DNA from: the human T2T-CHM13v2.0 reference genome, Homo sapiens
Direction: 5' to 3' (one strand)
Length of the DNA: 64,000 nucleotides
NCBI RefSeq assembly: GCF_009914755.1
Contig: NC_060926.1
The notes beneath the pieces were generated by a model, which was not told the origin of the DNA, ran no database searches, and worked only from the letters and a program-made list of their open reading frames with translations. Shown piece by piece: positions 1 through 13,675 of the stretch; position 1 is the first letter of the stretch, and every line of letters begins with the position of its first letter. Made by a program: the position numbers and the translations under genes.

Positions 1-45
1 TTCAACATGAGATTTGGAGCTGACAAATACACCCAAACTGTAACA
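1..45 (+). mobile_element. 3' end of MST-type MaLR LTR (cut by window edge)
   Basis: TTCAACATGAGATTTGGAG..GACAAA..CCAAACT.TA.CA matches the MST LTR terminus. Confidence 0.65.
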
Positions 46-652
46 ACCACAGAGGACTCTAAAGAACAACAGTATTTATCAAAGAAGTGGTTGACTTAAT
101 CATCTTCTTCCTGCCCCTGCCTCTGAGTGGTAAGAAACAGCAGAATAATTGAGGATGATGTGGGGCAATGTGGGGAAAAGGAAGAAACTCAGTGTTTGAA
201 AGTGGCCTGGGGAGCTGTAGGATTTCCCAGGGTACTGTATAAGAGCATAGAAGGGACAGCCAGAAAAGAGTGTTAGAAATCAATGGTAGGAAAATAAAGT
301 CTTTTCTTGATTTTATCATATTGAATTGAGCCCACTCAAAGAAGTGTTGTATACCTTTAATTAAATTGTGAGTAGTTTTGGAATGACTTAAGCATCATAG
401 ATGAAATTCATCCCAGGTGAATGGCAGGGAAAGCCTCAGGGAGGGGCTGCATCTTTACCTAGCTCCTTAAGTGATGACTGAGAGGAGCAAGAAAAGCATT
501 TTATTAATACTTTTTCCATATAAACATTTTTCCTACTTTTACACAAATAGCATATTGGATACACTGTTCTAGGTTTGCCTTTTTTTTTTTTTTTGCACAT
601 AACAATGTATGTCAAAGTTTATTTCTTATCAGTATTTTAAAAAACTTTACCA

Positions 653-1275
<623 letters not shown>

Positions 1276-1279
1276 TGCT

Positions 1280-2200
1280 GCTATTCCTTTTTATGCTTAC
1301 ATCTTATTCTGTGGTAGGACTATATTAAAATTTATTTAACCAATAAACTTTGAGTGTTTAGGTTATTTCTTTTTTTTTTTTTCTGTCACTAACAGTGCTG
1401 CAAAGGATAACCTGTGCACGTGTATCAGTATAGAATAAATTATTTGACATGGAGTTGCTGCATTTTAAAAACAGATATTGCCAGATTACCCCATATGAAG
1501 AATGCATTGGATTTCCGCTTGTACCAGCAATGTGTGAGAGTCACTGTTCCCCTTTCCCTTAAAAGCATGGAGTGTTATCAAACATTTTAATCTTTATCAA
1601 TCCGATAGTTGCAAAATAGTATACCAGTACAGTTATCTTTAATTATAACTAAGATATATTGGTATTTCCTTTGCTGAGTATTGTCTATTCATATTCATTT
1701 TTTTTTTTTTGAGATAGTCTCATTCCATCACCCAGGCTGGAATGCAGTGGCATGATCTTGGCTCATTGCAATCCCCGCCTGCCGGGTTCAAGTGATTCTT
1801 GTCCCTCAGTCTCCTGAGCAGCTGAAATTACAGGCGTACGTCACCACACCCAGCTAATCTTTGTATTTTTAATAGAGATGAGGTTTTGCCATGTTGACCA
1901 GGCTGGTTTCAAAGTTGATCTCAAGTAATCCACCTGCCTCAGCCTCCTGAAGTGCTGGGATTACAGGCGTGAGCAACCATGCCTGGCCTATCTGTTCATA
2001 TTCTTAGCACGTGTTTCTATTGGCCTTTTTTTTCTGATTGGTTTCTAGAAACTCTTTGTATACTAAGGAATTTAGCTACTTTTTTGTGACATATGTTGCA
2101 ATTTCCCTTAAATGTTTTGCTTGCTTTTAGATTTTACTAATGGTATTTTTGGCATGCTGAAATTGTTGTTTGGATTTATTAATCTTCTATTTTAAAATAT
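1280..2200 (-). mobile_element. Ancient L1M (L1ME-like) 3' fragment, interrupted by Alu
   Basis: Degenerate L1 3' motifs (ATATTGCCAGATT..., CCAGCAATGTGTGAGAGT, TTCTAGAAACTCTTTGTATA). Confidence 0.55.
1698..1988 (-). mobile_element. Alu (Sx/Jb age)
   Basis: Antisense Alu with poly-T; TSD TCT(A/G)TTCATATTC on both sides. Confidence 0.92.
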
Positions 2201-2211
2201 ATGTGTTTTGT

Positions 2212-2844
2212 AAAAAGGACAGGCTCTTCAATAAAGATCAACTGAAAATAGATTAAACACTTAAATGTAAGACCCCAAACTGTAAAGCTACTAGAAGAAA
2301 ACTTAGGGAAAAAGCCTCATGACATTGGTCTGTACAATTATTCTTTTGGATATGACCCTAAAAGCACAGGCAACCAAAGCAAAAGTAGACAAACAGAATT
2401 ATGTCAAATAAAATGCTTCTGCACAGCAAAGGAAACAACAGAATGAAGAGACAGCATATAGAATGAGAGAAAATGTTTACAAACTTTAATAAGGGGTTAA
2501 TACCCAAATGTAAGAAACTCAAACAACTCTATAGCAAGAAAACAACCAGATTTTAAGATGAGCAAAGGACCTGAGTAGACATTCCTCAAAAGAAGACATA
2601 CAAATGGCCAATCAGTATATCAAAAAATGCTCAACATCACTAATCATCAGGGAAATGCAAATTAAAACCACAATGAGACATGACCTCACACCTGTTGATT
2701 GACAATTATCAAAAAGCCACAACAAATGTTAGTAGGAATGTAGAGAATAGGGAACACTTGAACTCTGTTGGTAGCAATATAATTTAGTTCAGCCATTATG
2801 GAAAACAATATGGAGATTCTTCAAATATTAAGAATAGAATTCCC
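2212..2844 (+). mobile_element. L1MA-type ORF2 3' segment, inverted relative to 4558-8150
   Basis: L1 ORF2 motifs (TTAAATGTAAGACCCCAAAC, GCTTCTGCACAGCAAAGGAAAC, CATCACTAATCATCAGGGAAATGCAAATTAAAACC); resumes briefly at 4541-4557. Confidence 0.85.
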
Positions 2845-4540
2845 TACAGCTAACAAGGGAAAGAAGATATCTCTAGAAGAACTAAAAACCACTAAGATAT
2901 CAGAGATGATGCAAACAAATGGAAGAATATTCCTTGCTCATGGATGGGAAGAATCAATACCATTAAAATGTCCATACTGCCCAAAGCAATTTACAGATTC
3001 AAAGCTATTCCCTTAAACTACCACTGACATTCTTCACAGAACTAGAAAAATCCATTTTAAAATTCATACAGAGCTAAAAGAGAGCCTGCATAGCCAAGGC
3101 AACCCTGAGCAGAAAGAACAAAGCTGGAGGCATCATGTTACCTGACTTCAAACTATACTACAAGGCTACAGTAACCAAAACAGCATGGTACTGGTACAAG
3201 AACAGGCACATAAACAATGTAATAGAACAAAGAACCGAGGAATAAGACCACACACCAACAAGTATCTGATCTTTGACAAACCTGACAAAAACAAGCAATA
3301 AGGAAAGGATTTCATATTCAATAAATATTGCTGGGATGACTGGCTAGCCCTATGCAGAAGATTGAAACTGGACCCCTTCCTTATACCATATACAAAAATT
3401 AAGATGGATTAAAGACTTAAATGTAAAACCTAAAACTATAAAACCCCAGAAGACACCATAGGCAATACCATTCAGGACATACGCACAGGCAGAGTTTTCA
3501 TGAAGAAAACACCAAAAGCAGTCTCAACAAATGCACAAATTGACAAATATGACATAAGTAAATGATAGAGCTTCTGCAAAGCAAAAGAAACTATCAACAG
3601 AGTAAACAACTGACAGAATAGGAGAAAATTTTTGCAATCTGTCCATCCGGCAAAGGTCTAATATCTAGCATTTATAACGAACTTAACTTTACAAGAAAAA
3701 GAAACCCCATTTAAAAAGTGAGCAAAGGACATGAACAGATACTTCTCCAAAGAAGACATGCATGTGGCCAACAATCGTATAAAAAACTCAACATCACTGA
3801 TCATAGAGAAATGCAAATCAAAACCACAATGAGATACCACCTCACACCAGCCAGAATGACTATAATTAAAAAGTCAAAAAATAACATGCTGGTGAGGTTG
3901 TAGAGAAAAAGGAACACTTTTATATCATTTGTGGGAGCGTAAATTAGTTCAACCGTAGTAGGAAACACTGTGGCAATTCCTCAAAGACCTAAAGACAGAA
4001 ACCATTCAACTCTGCAATCTCACTACTGGGTATATACCCAAAAGAATAGAAATCATTCTATTACAAAGACGTATGCATGCATATGTTCATTGCAGCACTA
4101 TTCACAATAGTAAAGACATAGAATCAACCCAAATGCCCATCAGTGATAGACTGGATGAAGAAAATATAGTACATATACAGCATGGAATACCATTTAGCCT
4201 TGAAATGAGATCATGTCCTTTGCAGGGGCAGGATAGAGATGGAAGTCGTTGTCTTCAGGAATCTAATGCAAGAAAACCAAATACCACGTTTCCACTTATA
4301 AGTGGGAGCTAAATGATGAGAAAATATGTACATGCAGAGGGGAACAACACACACTGGGGCCTGTTGGAGGGTGGAGGTTGGAAGGAGGGAGAAAAGCAGG
4401 AAAAATAACCAGTGGATACTAGGATTAATACCTGGGTGATGAAATAATCTGTACAGCCAGCTCCCATTTTTACCTATGTAACAAATCCGCACATCCTGCA
4501 CATGTATCCCTGATCTTAAAATAAAAATTAAAAAAAAATT
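2845..4540 (+). mobile_element. 5'-truncated old L1PA (~PA12-16) nested in L1MA
   Basis: ORF2 3' half, 3'UTR and A-tail at 4517-4538; the host L1 sequence (..AGAATT|CCATATGATCTAGCAAT) resumes after the tail. Confidence 0.88.
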
Positions 4541-4557
4541 ACCATATGATCTAGCAA

Positions 4558-7500
4558 TTTGTTGAAAAGCCTGTCTTTTTCCCATTTTGTGTTTTTGGTA
4601 CCTTTGTTTAAAATCAGTTGATTGTAAATGCATAGATTTATTTCTGAGCTCTCTATTCTGTTGCATTGGTCTGTGTCTGTGCCGCTTTGATTACTATACC
4701 TTTGTAGCATATTTTGAAGTCAAGTAATGTAATGCCTCCGGTTGTGTTCTTTTTAATCAAGATTGTTTTGGCTAATTGGAGTCTTTTGTGGTTTCATACA
4801 TATTTTAGGATGGTTATTTCTATTTCTGTGGAAAATATTGATATTTTGATAGGAATTATATTGAATCTGTAGACAATTTCAGGTAGTATGAAGTTTAATG
4901 ATATTCTTCTAATTCATGAACACAGGATGTCTTTGTTTTCATTTGTGTCTTGTTCAATTTTGTAATCAGTGTTTTACAGTTTTCAGTGTAGAGATCTTTT
5001 ACTTTTTTGGTTGAATTTATTTCTAAGTATTTTTCTTAGCCATTGTAAATAGGATTGCTTTATTGATTTCTTTTTCACATAGTTCACTCTTGTATAGAAA
5101 CATGGTTTTTTGTATGTTGATTTTGTATCCTGCAACTTTTCTGAATGGATTTATTGGTTTTAGGAGGTGTTTTGGTAGAGTCTGTAGTGTTTTCTATATG
5201 TTATTTGCAAACAAGGATAATCTAACTTCTTCCTTTCCAATTTGTGTGTATTTTCTTTTATTTAATTACTCTGGCTTGGACTTCCAGTACTATGTTGAAT
5301 AAACATGGCAAGGGTAAAAATTCTTGTCTTCATCTTAGATGAAAGCTTTTAATTTTCTTCATTGAGTATTAGCTGTGGGTTTCTCATGCATGACCTTTTT
5401 ATGTTAAGGTACATTCCCATACCTAATTTGTTGAGAGTTTTTATCATGAAACAATGTTGAATTTTGTCAAATGCTTTTTCTGCTTCTGTTGAAATGATTA
5501 TATGACTTTTACCCTTCATTCCGTTAATGTGGTGTATCATATTTATTGATTTGAGTATGTTGAGTCATGCATGCATCCCTGGAATGAATCCAACATGGAT
5601 CATAGTGAACGAACTTTCTAATGTGTGGCTGAGTTTAATTTACTAGTACTTTATTGAGGATTTTTGTGTCTGTGCTTATCAGGGATACTGGCTTGTATTT
5701 TTCCTTTCTCGTTTTTGGTAGTATTCTTGTCTGGTTTTGGTATCGGATTAATGCTGGCCTCATAAAATGAGTTTGTAAATAGTCCCTCTTCAATTTTGTG
5801 GAAGAGTTATAGAAAGACTGAATTAGTTCCTTAAATGTTTGGTAGAATTTACTATGAAGCCATCGGGATCTGTACTTTTCTTTAATTGGAGACTTTTTTA
5901 TTACTAATTAAATCTCCTTATTTGTTGGTACATTCAGATTTTTTTTCTTCGTAATTCAGTCTTGGTAGGTTGTATGTGTATAGGAATGTATCAGTATTGT
6001 CTAGGTTATAGATTTTTTTTGTCTGGGCATGGTGTCTCATGCCTGTAATCCTAGCACTTTGGGAGGCCAAGGCGGGTGGATCATCTGAGGTCAGGAGTTC
6101 AAGATTAGGCTGGACAACATCTGTACTAAAAATACAAATATTAGTATTTTTACTATCTGTACTAAAAATACAGATAGTAAAATATTAGCTGGGCATGGTG
6201 GCAGGTACTTATAATCCCAGCTACTCGGGAGGCTGAGGCAGAATCGCTTGAACCCGGGGGGTGGAGGTTGCAGTGAGCCAAATTGCGCCTCTGCACTCCA
6301 GCCTGGGTGAAAGAGTGAAACTCCGTCTCAAAAAAAAAAAAAGAAAAGAAAAAAAAAAGAAAAGAAAATTTGTCATGTAATTGCTCATAATGGTCTCTGA
6401 TGAGTCTTTGTATTTTTCTTGTATCAGTTGTAATGCCTCTTTTTCATTTCTAATTTTATCTTCTCTTTTTTCTTAGTCTAACTAAAGGTTTGTTAATTTT
6501 GTTTATCTTTCAAAAAACAAACTTGTCGTTTTGTTGATCTTTTATTTTTCTATTTTCTATTGCATTAATTTTTGTAATCTTATTTTTTCTTCCAACATTG
6601 GACTTTGTTCTTTTTCTAATTTCTTGAGATGCAATTTTAAATTGTTTGTTTAAGATTTTTCTTTTCTGTCTTGAAGTAGTCTTGTTTAGATTGAATCTTA
6701 TTGAAGTCCCTTGCCCTTTCTCTACCTGGATATTTATAATTCTCCAGGTTTATAAAGATTTCTGCCATTTTTTCTATAAATACATTTTCTACTCCTTTAT
6801 CAATTCTCTTCCCTTTCTTATATTCATATGGCTCAAAAATTTGCTTTTTTTTGATGCTTTCCCATAAATCCTGTAAGCTTTCTTCATTTTTATTCTTTTT
6901 TTCTTGACTGTATATTTTCAAATAACCTTTCTTCAAGTTCACAGATTCCTTCTTCCACTCAATTATGCTGTTAATACTCTCTATTACATTTTTCACTTTA
7001 TTTACTGTATTTTTCAACTCCAGAATTTCCATTTATGTTTTTAATAATAATTTCTATTATTAAAATTAATTTCTATTAATTTAATTTTGGTCATTGTTTT
7101 TCTCATTTTATTGAATTGTTTATTTTCTCAAAGTTTGCTGAGCTTCATTAAAACAGTTATTTTGAATTATTTGTCATACTGTTCATACATCTCTATATCT
7201 TTAGGGCTATTCACTGGCACTTTGTTTTTTCCCTTTGGTCAGGTCTTGTTTCTCATTGTTTTTAATCCTTGTAGCTGTGGATTGGTATCTGTACATTTGA
7301 AGGCATAGGTACCTATTTCAGTCCTCACAGACTGGCTTAATCTGGGAAAGCCCTTCAACAGTTAACTTGTCAAGAGATTCTGAAAAGGTCATTTGGCATG
7401 GTCCACAGATGGACTTCTTGCTACTGGAGTCCTTGGCCTGGATAATCTGGTGTCTGGGTCAGCAGGAGGGTGAGCCTGGAGCCAGGATACACTTGGGTGG

Positions 7501-8150
7501 ACATATTGATTGCATCTGCTGAGGTGGGCCTGGAGCCTGTATCCATGGGGATTGGCCTAAAACCTGTGTCCTCATGGGCTGGCCTGCTGTTGGAGTGGGC
7601 CTAATCCCCAGTGCTGCTGGGGCTGGCCTGGCACTGGGGAAGTCCTGAAGCCTAGTATCACTGGGCCAGCCTGCTTCTGAGGGATATTTGTAGCCTGGAA
7701 ACAGTGAATTTGATCTGGTGGCAGTGTGGACTGGAGATCAAGTCTACCATGTAGGTCTGAAGCCTGAGGCTGTGGAGTCCAGCTTACTGCCAGGTTAGGC
7801 TTACAGGCTCAGTGTGAGGATATTGGGCTGGAATCTGTTGCTGTGGGGGCCTCTACAATGCTGGGTTTTACTGTGGCAGGTCTGTTGCTGGGATCCAGGA
7901 CGATGTCTTGTGTTCGCTTCTTCTGTTTTTCCAAGTGGAGGGTTATCTATCTCTCTCTATGATGTGCTGCCTAGGTATGGGGGAGGGGTGATGCAGGTAA
8001 CATAAAGCTGTTCTTCCTACCCTCTTCAGTGCATATGTTTTCTGTGTTACACTCAGGTACTGTGATCTCTCACCTAGCTTACTTATCTCTTGTGAAGGTA
8101 TTTTTATGCGTGGATAGTTGCTGTCTTCATGGTTTCTCATCTTGTCCATT
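4558..8150 (-). mobile_element. L1M/L1MA element: 5'UTR, ORF1 remnant, partial ORF2 with internal deletion
   Basis: ORF1p-like frame 6637-7032 (MEILELKNTVNKVKN..), RT-like frame 5349-5540 ([21 protein letters not shown]), GGCCTGGAGCCT-repeat 5'UTR at ~7400-7900. Confidence 0.85.
6021..6368 (+). mobile_element. AluS with rearranged linker
   Basis: Sense Alu with A/GAAAA tail; abnormal palindromic insert at 6121-6185. Confidence 0.92.
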
Positions 8151-9084
8151 GTCACTTATGAATTGAGAAATGACTTGAGGTAGACAGTATAGAATTTTTG
8201 GTTTGCTGAAATCATTTTTCCTTCGATCACAAATCTTGTTACCTCTTCAATGGCTTAAAGCAGATTTTATTAAAAAATATTTTATCTGTATGTTCCAGTT
8301 GTTCTCATTAAGAAGTAGAATTCTCCCAGTCTTTGTTTTTTGTGCACTTGTTTTGTTGTGCTGTTTCTCTTTTGTCACTGAATTATTTTTGTTCTTAATT
8401 TTGTTGTTTTTCTCTAAAAAACTAGCTCTGTAATTTTTAATTAGTACTCATTTTTCTAATTTACCCAATGCAGTGTTTTTAAATTAATCTTTTCTTTTGC
8501 TCTACTTAGATTTATTTTGTTGTTCAGCTTGTTTTGTTTCTTGAGTTAGATGTGTGTATATGCATATATACCTATATATTGTATTTGTAAGATAATATAT
8601 ATATATCATTTATGTATAGCAAATTGATATATATTTAGGACTATAAATATTTCTCTAAGAATGAATTTAGATATAACCTACAAATTTTGGTATGATGTAT
8701 TTTTATTATAATGTGTAAAGATAATATGCAATTTCAATTTTGACTTTTTTGACAAAATTTAATTAAATGGGTTTTTTTTCATTTTCAGATTTGATGCACT
8801 TTTTGATTTTGGTTTTGTTTATAATTTTGCTACATTATGATCAGAGAGTTTGTCTGGACCATTTCTTTTTTTTTGAGTTTACTGACATTTTTGTGGCCTA
8901 ATAATTTTAATTTTTTTAATGGACTCTTGAAAGAAAGCCTACTCTATATTTTCATGGTAGATTTTAAAATATATGTCCTTTAGATGTTCTTCATTATGTT
9001 GTATAGATTGCTTCTAATATGCTTCTATGTTTTTCTTTGAATAGTCTCAGGTTTATTTATGAATATTGATACCATTTTTCATAA

Positions 9085-9437
<353 letters not shown>

Positions 9438-9456
9438 TGTGCCCATTATTATTATT

Positions 9457-9765
9457 GTTTTAGAGAAACAGATTTTGCTCTGTCATCCAGGCTAGAGTGC
9501 AGTGGTGTAGTCATTAACTTGCTGTAACCTCAAACTCCTGAGCTGGAGTTCCTCTCACCTCAGCCTCCTAAATAGCTAGGGCTACAGGCTCGTACCACCA
9601 TGCCTAGCTAATTTTTTAAACATTTTTTTTCCAGAGATGGTGGTCTTTCTCTGTTGCTTAGGTTGGTGTCGAGTTCCTGGCTTCACGTGGTTCTCCTGCC
9701 TCAGCCTCTCAGAGGTATGATATGTATGATAGCTGGGATTAAAGTGTGAGCCACTGTGTCTGGGT
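9457..9765 (-). mobile_element. AluJ
   Basis: Highly diverged antisense Alu dimer. Confidence 0.85.
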
Positions 9766-10404
9766 GGTACCCTTTATTATTTTACAGATTTTTTTCTTTT
9801 TTTACTTTATTTTTTTGTTATTAATCATGTGATACTATGATTTCTGCCTCTTTGTCTCTTTAATAAGCAAATAATTTAACTTGCTTAAATTCGTTTTCAA
9901 GTTTTCTGAGTTAATGTTTTAGGTTTTACTTATATTTATAGTATTTATTTGGTTTTGCTTTGTAATTGAATGTGGAAGACTTTTGATGGACAAGTTTAAT
10001 CTTCTATTCTTATGGAAATGGCAAATGTGTTTGGTCTTAGTTTTGTCATATTGTTGTATTTCATGCTTATGTTTTTATAGCTTTACAAATATTTCATGGC
10101 CTGCTCTGCTTTCTCTGATTTATGCTTGTGCTTCTTTTGATAATTAGAAAGGTTTATACTTTTGTTGTAGTTGTTTCCTGTAATTTTATATGATATCCTT
10201 CTTTCCTTGGACAGTATTTATTAATTTTCTACTCTGATTAATGATGAAAACAGTACACTTTCTTCTTTTTTCCTTTCCTTGCTTCTCTTTCCTTCCTTGC
10301 CTCTACCTCCTAAGTTTAGTTAATTACAGTTTAGTCTTCCCTTGGCATTATGGGTTCTTAGAAACTGCAACTTAAGGTAAAACAATACATAACAAAACCA
10401 ATTT

Positions 10405-12552
10405 CTTTTATTTTAAAAAATATTTTCTTTTTTTTCCCATTTTTTTAATACTTTTAAGTTCAGGGGTACATGTGCAGGTTTGTTACACAGGTAAACATGT
10501 GTCATGGGGGTTGGTTGTACAGATTATTTCATCACCCAGGTATTAAGCCTAGTAGTTGTTATTTGTCCTGATCCTCCCTCTCCTCTCACCCTCCAACCTC
10601 TGATAGGTCCCAGTGTATGTTGTTCTCCTCTGTGTTCATGTGTTCTCAATCATTTAGCTCTCACTTATAAGTGAGAACATGTGGTATTTGGCTGTTTCTA
10701 CATTAGTTTGCTAAGGATAATGGCCTTCAGCTCCATCTATAGCCCTACAAACAACATGATCTTGTTCTTTTTTATAGCTGCATAATATTCCATGGTGTGT
10801 AAGTACTATATTTTCTTTATCCAGTCTATCATTGACAGGCATTTGGGTTGATTCTGTGTCTTTGCTATTGTGAATAGTGTTGCAATGAACATATGCATGC
10901 ATGCGTCTTTATAATAGAACAATTTATATTCCTTTGGGTATATACCCAGTAATGGTTCTGCCTTTAGGTTTTTGAGGAATCACCACACTGTCTCCCACTA
11001 TGGTTGAACTATCATAATCTACAATTCCATCAATAGTGTATAAGCATCCTTTTTTCTCCACAACTTCACCAGCATCTGTTATTTTTTATTTTGTGGCTTT
11101 TCGTAATAGCCTTTCTGACTGGTGTGAGATGGCATCTCACTGTGGTTTTGATATGGACAGGAGACAGGGAAATACTGGGTAGAAGAGGGCAGTTCCCCTG
11201 CAAAGGCCCCACCCTCAAGCCTGGAAACCTGCGGGCTTAAATGAGAACAGGCATTGCTGTTTTCACAACCAAAAGTTGCCTTTCAGCCTGCCATGTCCCC
11301 TTTTGCTGTACCCATATAAACCCTAAACCCTCAGATCCACCAGAAAATGAGCAGACAAGCAGACAAATGGAAGAACGGTGCAGCAGAGAAGGATAGAAGA
11401 GATGGAGCATCTGAAGATTGGGAGGAGTTTGGCTGGGGATATTTGGAGAATTGGTCATTGGATAGCAAAACTCCAGGGGAAGATCATCTTCCAACTCTGT
11501 CCTCTGTCTAGCTCCTCATCCATCCTGCTGAGAGCCACCTCCACCACCCAATAAAACCCGCATTCACCATCCTTCAAGTCCGCATGTGACCTGATTCTTC
11601 TGGGACGCTGAACAAGAGCTTGGGATACAGAAAGCTGTCAAACTGCCCTCTGCCCTTGCAAAAAGGCAGAGGGTCCACTGAGCTGGTTAACACTTAAGCC
11701 ATCAGCAGATGGCAAGGCTAAAAGAGTACACTGTAGCCTATGCCCCCTTAGGCTCCTGCACCTGTTCGTCTGCATGCTCCACCTTCCATAAGGGGGTTGA
11801 GCAGCAGCAGTGACCAAACAGATGAGCCACACCCCTGTCAGATGCCCTGAGAGTGGGGTCAGGGAACTCTCCTTTTTCAGTTTTGATTTGCATTTTTCTA
11901 TGATCAGTGACACTGAACTTTTAAAAATATGATTCTTGGCCACATGTGTGTCTTCTTTTGAGAAGTGTCTGTTCATGTCCTTTGCCCACCTTTTTAATGG
12001 GGTTGTTTGTTTTTTTCTTGTAAATTTGCGTATGTTCCTTATATATGCTGGATATTAGACCTTTGTCAGATGGACAGATTGCAAAATTTTTCTCTCATTC
12101 TGTAGGTTGTCTGTTTACTTTGCTGATGGTTTCCTTTTCTGTGCAGAAGCTCTTTAGTTTACTTAGATACCATGTGTCAATTTTTGCTTTTATTCCAATT
12201 ACTTTTGGCATTTTCATCATAAAATCTTTGCCTGTGCCTTCATCCTGAATGGTATTGCCTAGCTTGTCTTCCAGGGTTTTTATAGTTTTGAGTTTTAAAT
12301 TTAAGTCTTTAATCCATCTTGAGTTAACTTTTATATATAGTGTAAGAAAGGAGTCCAGTTTCAATCCTCTGCATATGGCTAGCCAATTATCCCAGCACCA
12401 TTTATTAAATAGGGAATCCTTTCCCCATTGCTTGTGTTTGTGGGGTTTGTTCAAGATCAGATAGTTGAAGGTGTGTAGTCTTATTTCTGGGTTCTCTATG
12501 CTGTACCATTGGTCTATGTGTCTGTTCTTGTATCAGCACCATGCTGTTTTGC
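10405..12552 (-). mobile_element. 5'-truncated old L1PA (~PA10-15)
   Basis: Antisense 3'UTR and ORF2 end ([22 protein letters not shown] at 12095-12454); TSD CAAAACCAATTT. Confidence 0.9.
11149..11879 (+). mobile_element. ERV1 solo LTR, MER50-like
   Basis: TG...CA ends, ~730 bp, 4-bp TSD GTTT (11145-11148 and 11880-11883), TATA-like CATATAAA ~11314 and AATAAA ~11550. Confidence 0.85.
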
Positions 12553-13179
12553 AAAACCAATTTTATTTTTCTAATCAGTGTTATAACAGAACTACTTGAA
12601 AGAAACAATGTTATTTGAGGCCTGCCATATGTCATTTCACTTAAAATCACAGTTTCCAAGAATCTGTTGATGAAGTTAAGTGAGGACTTGCTGTTAAATA
12701 ATATTTCTGAGTATTTGCTTTTGTTATATCAAGTAAGTTTTTTTCTCTGGTACTGATTTTTCAGATTTGACTATTTTAACCCCCAACTACTAAAAGCGAT
12801 GAAGTTGGGGCACACATTACTTGTCATCCTTATGTCACCTTCCCTCCTAACATTTTGGTTATGTACATTAAGAGTTACAACATCTGTTGCCAACCAAACT
12901 CCCCAAAGTTGTTTAGTCTTAGTACCACAGTTACAAAGGTGCAACGCTCACTGATAGATACTTCTGCCATTCTCTCTCCAGTCATCCTTTGGTGGGTATA
13001 TAGGAGATTCATACAGAAACCTTCATGGGAGCAATATTCTTCATGTTTTTGCTGTTCTCCATACATTATCAGATTTAATTTTTATGTTTTTGAATAGAGA
13101 CATGTTAAAATATCAGTGAGGATAGATGAATGCTTTTTGGATAGTGAATACTTTTTGTCCTTCTGTTCTTGCTCCTGCC

Positions 13180-13675
13180 TGCTTCTTGCCATCTACCTGG
13201 TTATAGAGGCAGGGATCTCAGCAGCTTTGGTTTTATGAGATGACTGAATATCCTTTGGCCACAGTTGATTGGTCCAAGGTAGGCACCAGATCTAAGTTTT
13301 GACAATGAGAGTCCCAACTATGGAGATTTGGGGAGAGGAGTGAGAGCAAAAGAAAGAAAGAAAGAAGAAAGAGAAATTGAGAGAAAGACCAGTCATTCTC
13401 TGGGTGGCTGGACCTGTAAATAAGGCTGTTTATGGCCATGTTTTTAGACAGTAATTAGGAAAAGCAGAGAGAAAAAAATAAATAGGGCAGAGGCACAGAG
13501 AGATGCAGAACTAAATAAGAAAGAAGATCTTGTACGTTTCCTCTAGCTTCCAGTTTATTCCAGAGGCCTGGCTGTTTCTCTTGTTTCCATGTGACATTCT
13601 TGTAACTGTATAATAAATTCACTTATTTTACTTAAATAGGTTTCTGCTATTTGCAACTATAGGAAACCAACTTAT
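13180..13675 (+). mobile_element. Old ERVL/MaLR-type LTR relic
   Basis: Terminal AATAAATTC..TTTTACTTAA..GGTTTCTG.TATTTGCAAC pattern typical of LTR33/MLT1 LTRs. Confidence 0.45.

Larger units (their letters stand above)
10327..12693. mobile_element. MER6-like TcMar-Tigger MITE split by an L1 insertion (arms ~10327-10404 and ~12553-12693)
   Basis: GGTTCTTAGAAACTGCAACTTAAG..AACCAATTT on the left and complementary TTAAAATCACAGTTTCCAAGAATC..GTTAAGTGAGGACTTGCTG on the right. Confidence 0.65.

Noticed and set aside
6637-7032. ORFs resembling L1 ORF1p/ORF2p (also 12095, 17551, 19430, 25892, 63187)
   Set aside because: They are short remnants of frameshifted, truncated L1s. No intact ORF1/ORF2 is present, so there is no active element or domesticated gene.
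7430-7800. Recurrent GGCCTGGAGCCT-like motifs resembling a spaced repeat or CRISPR array
   Set aside because: These are degenerate internal repeats of an old L1 5'UTR, with irregular spacing, no cas genes and a mammalian context.
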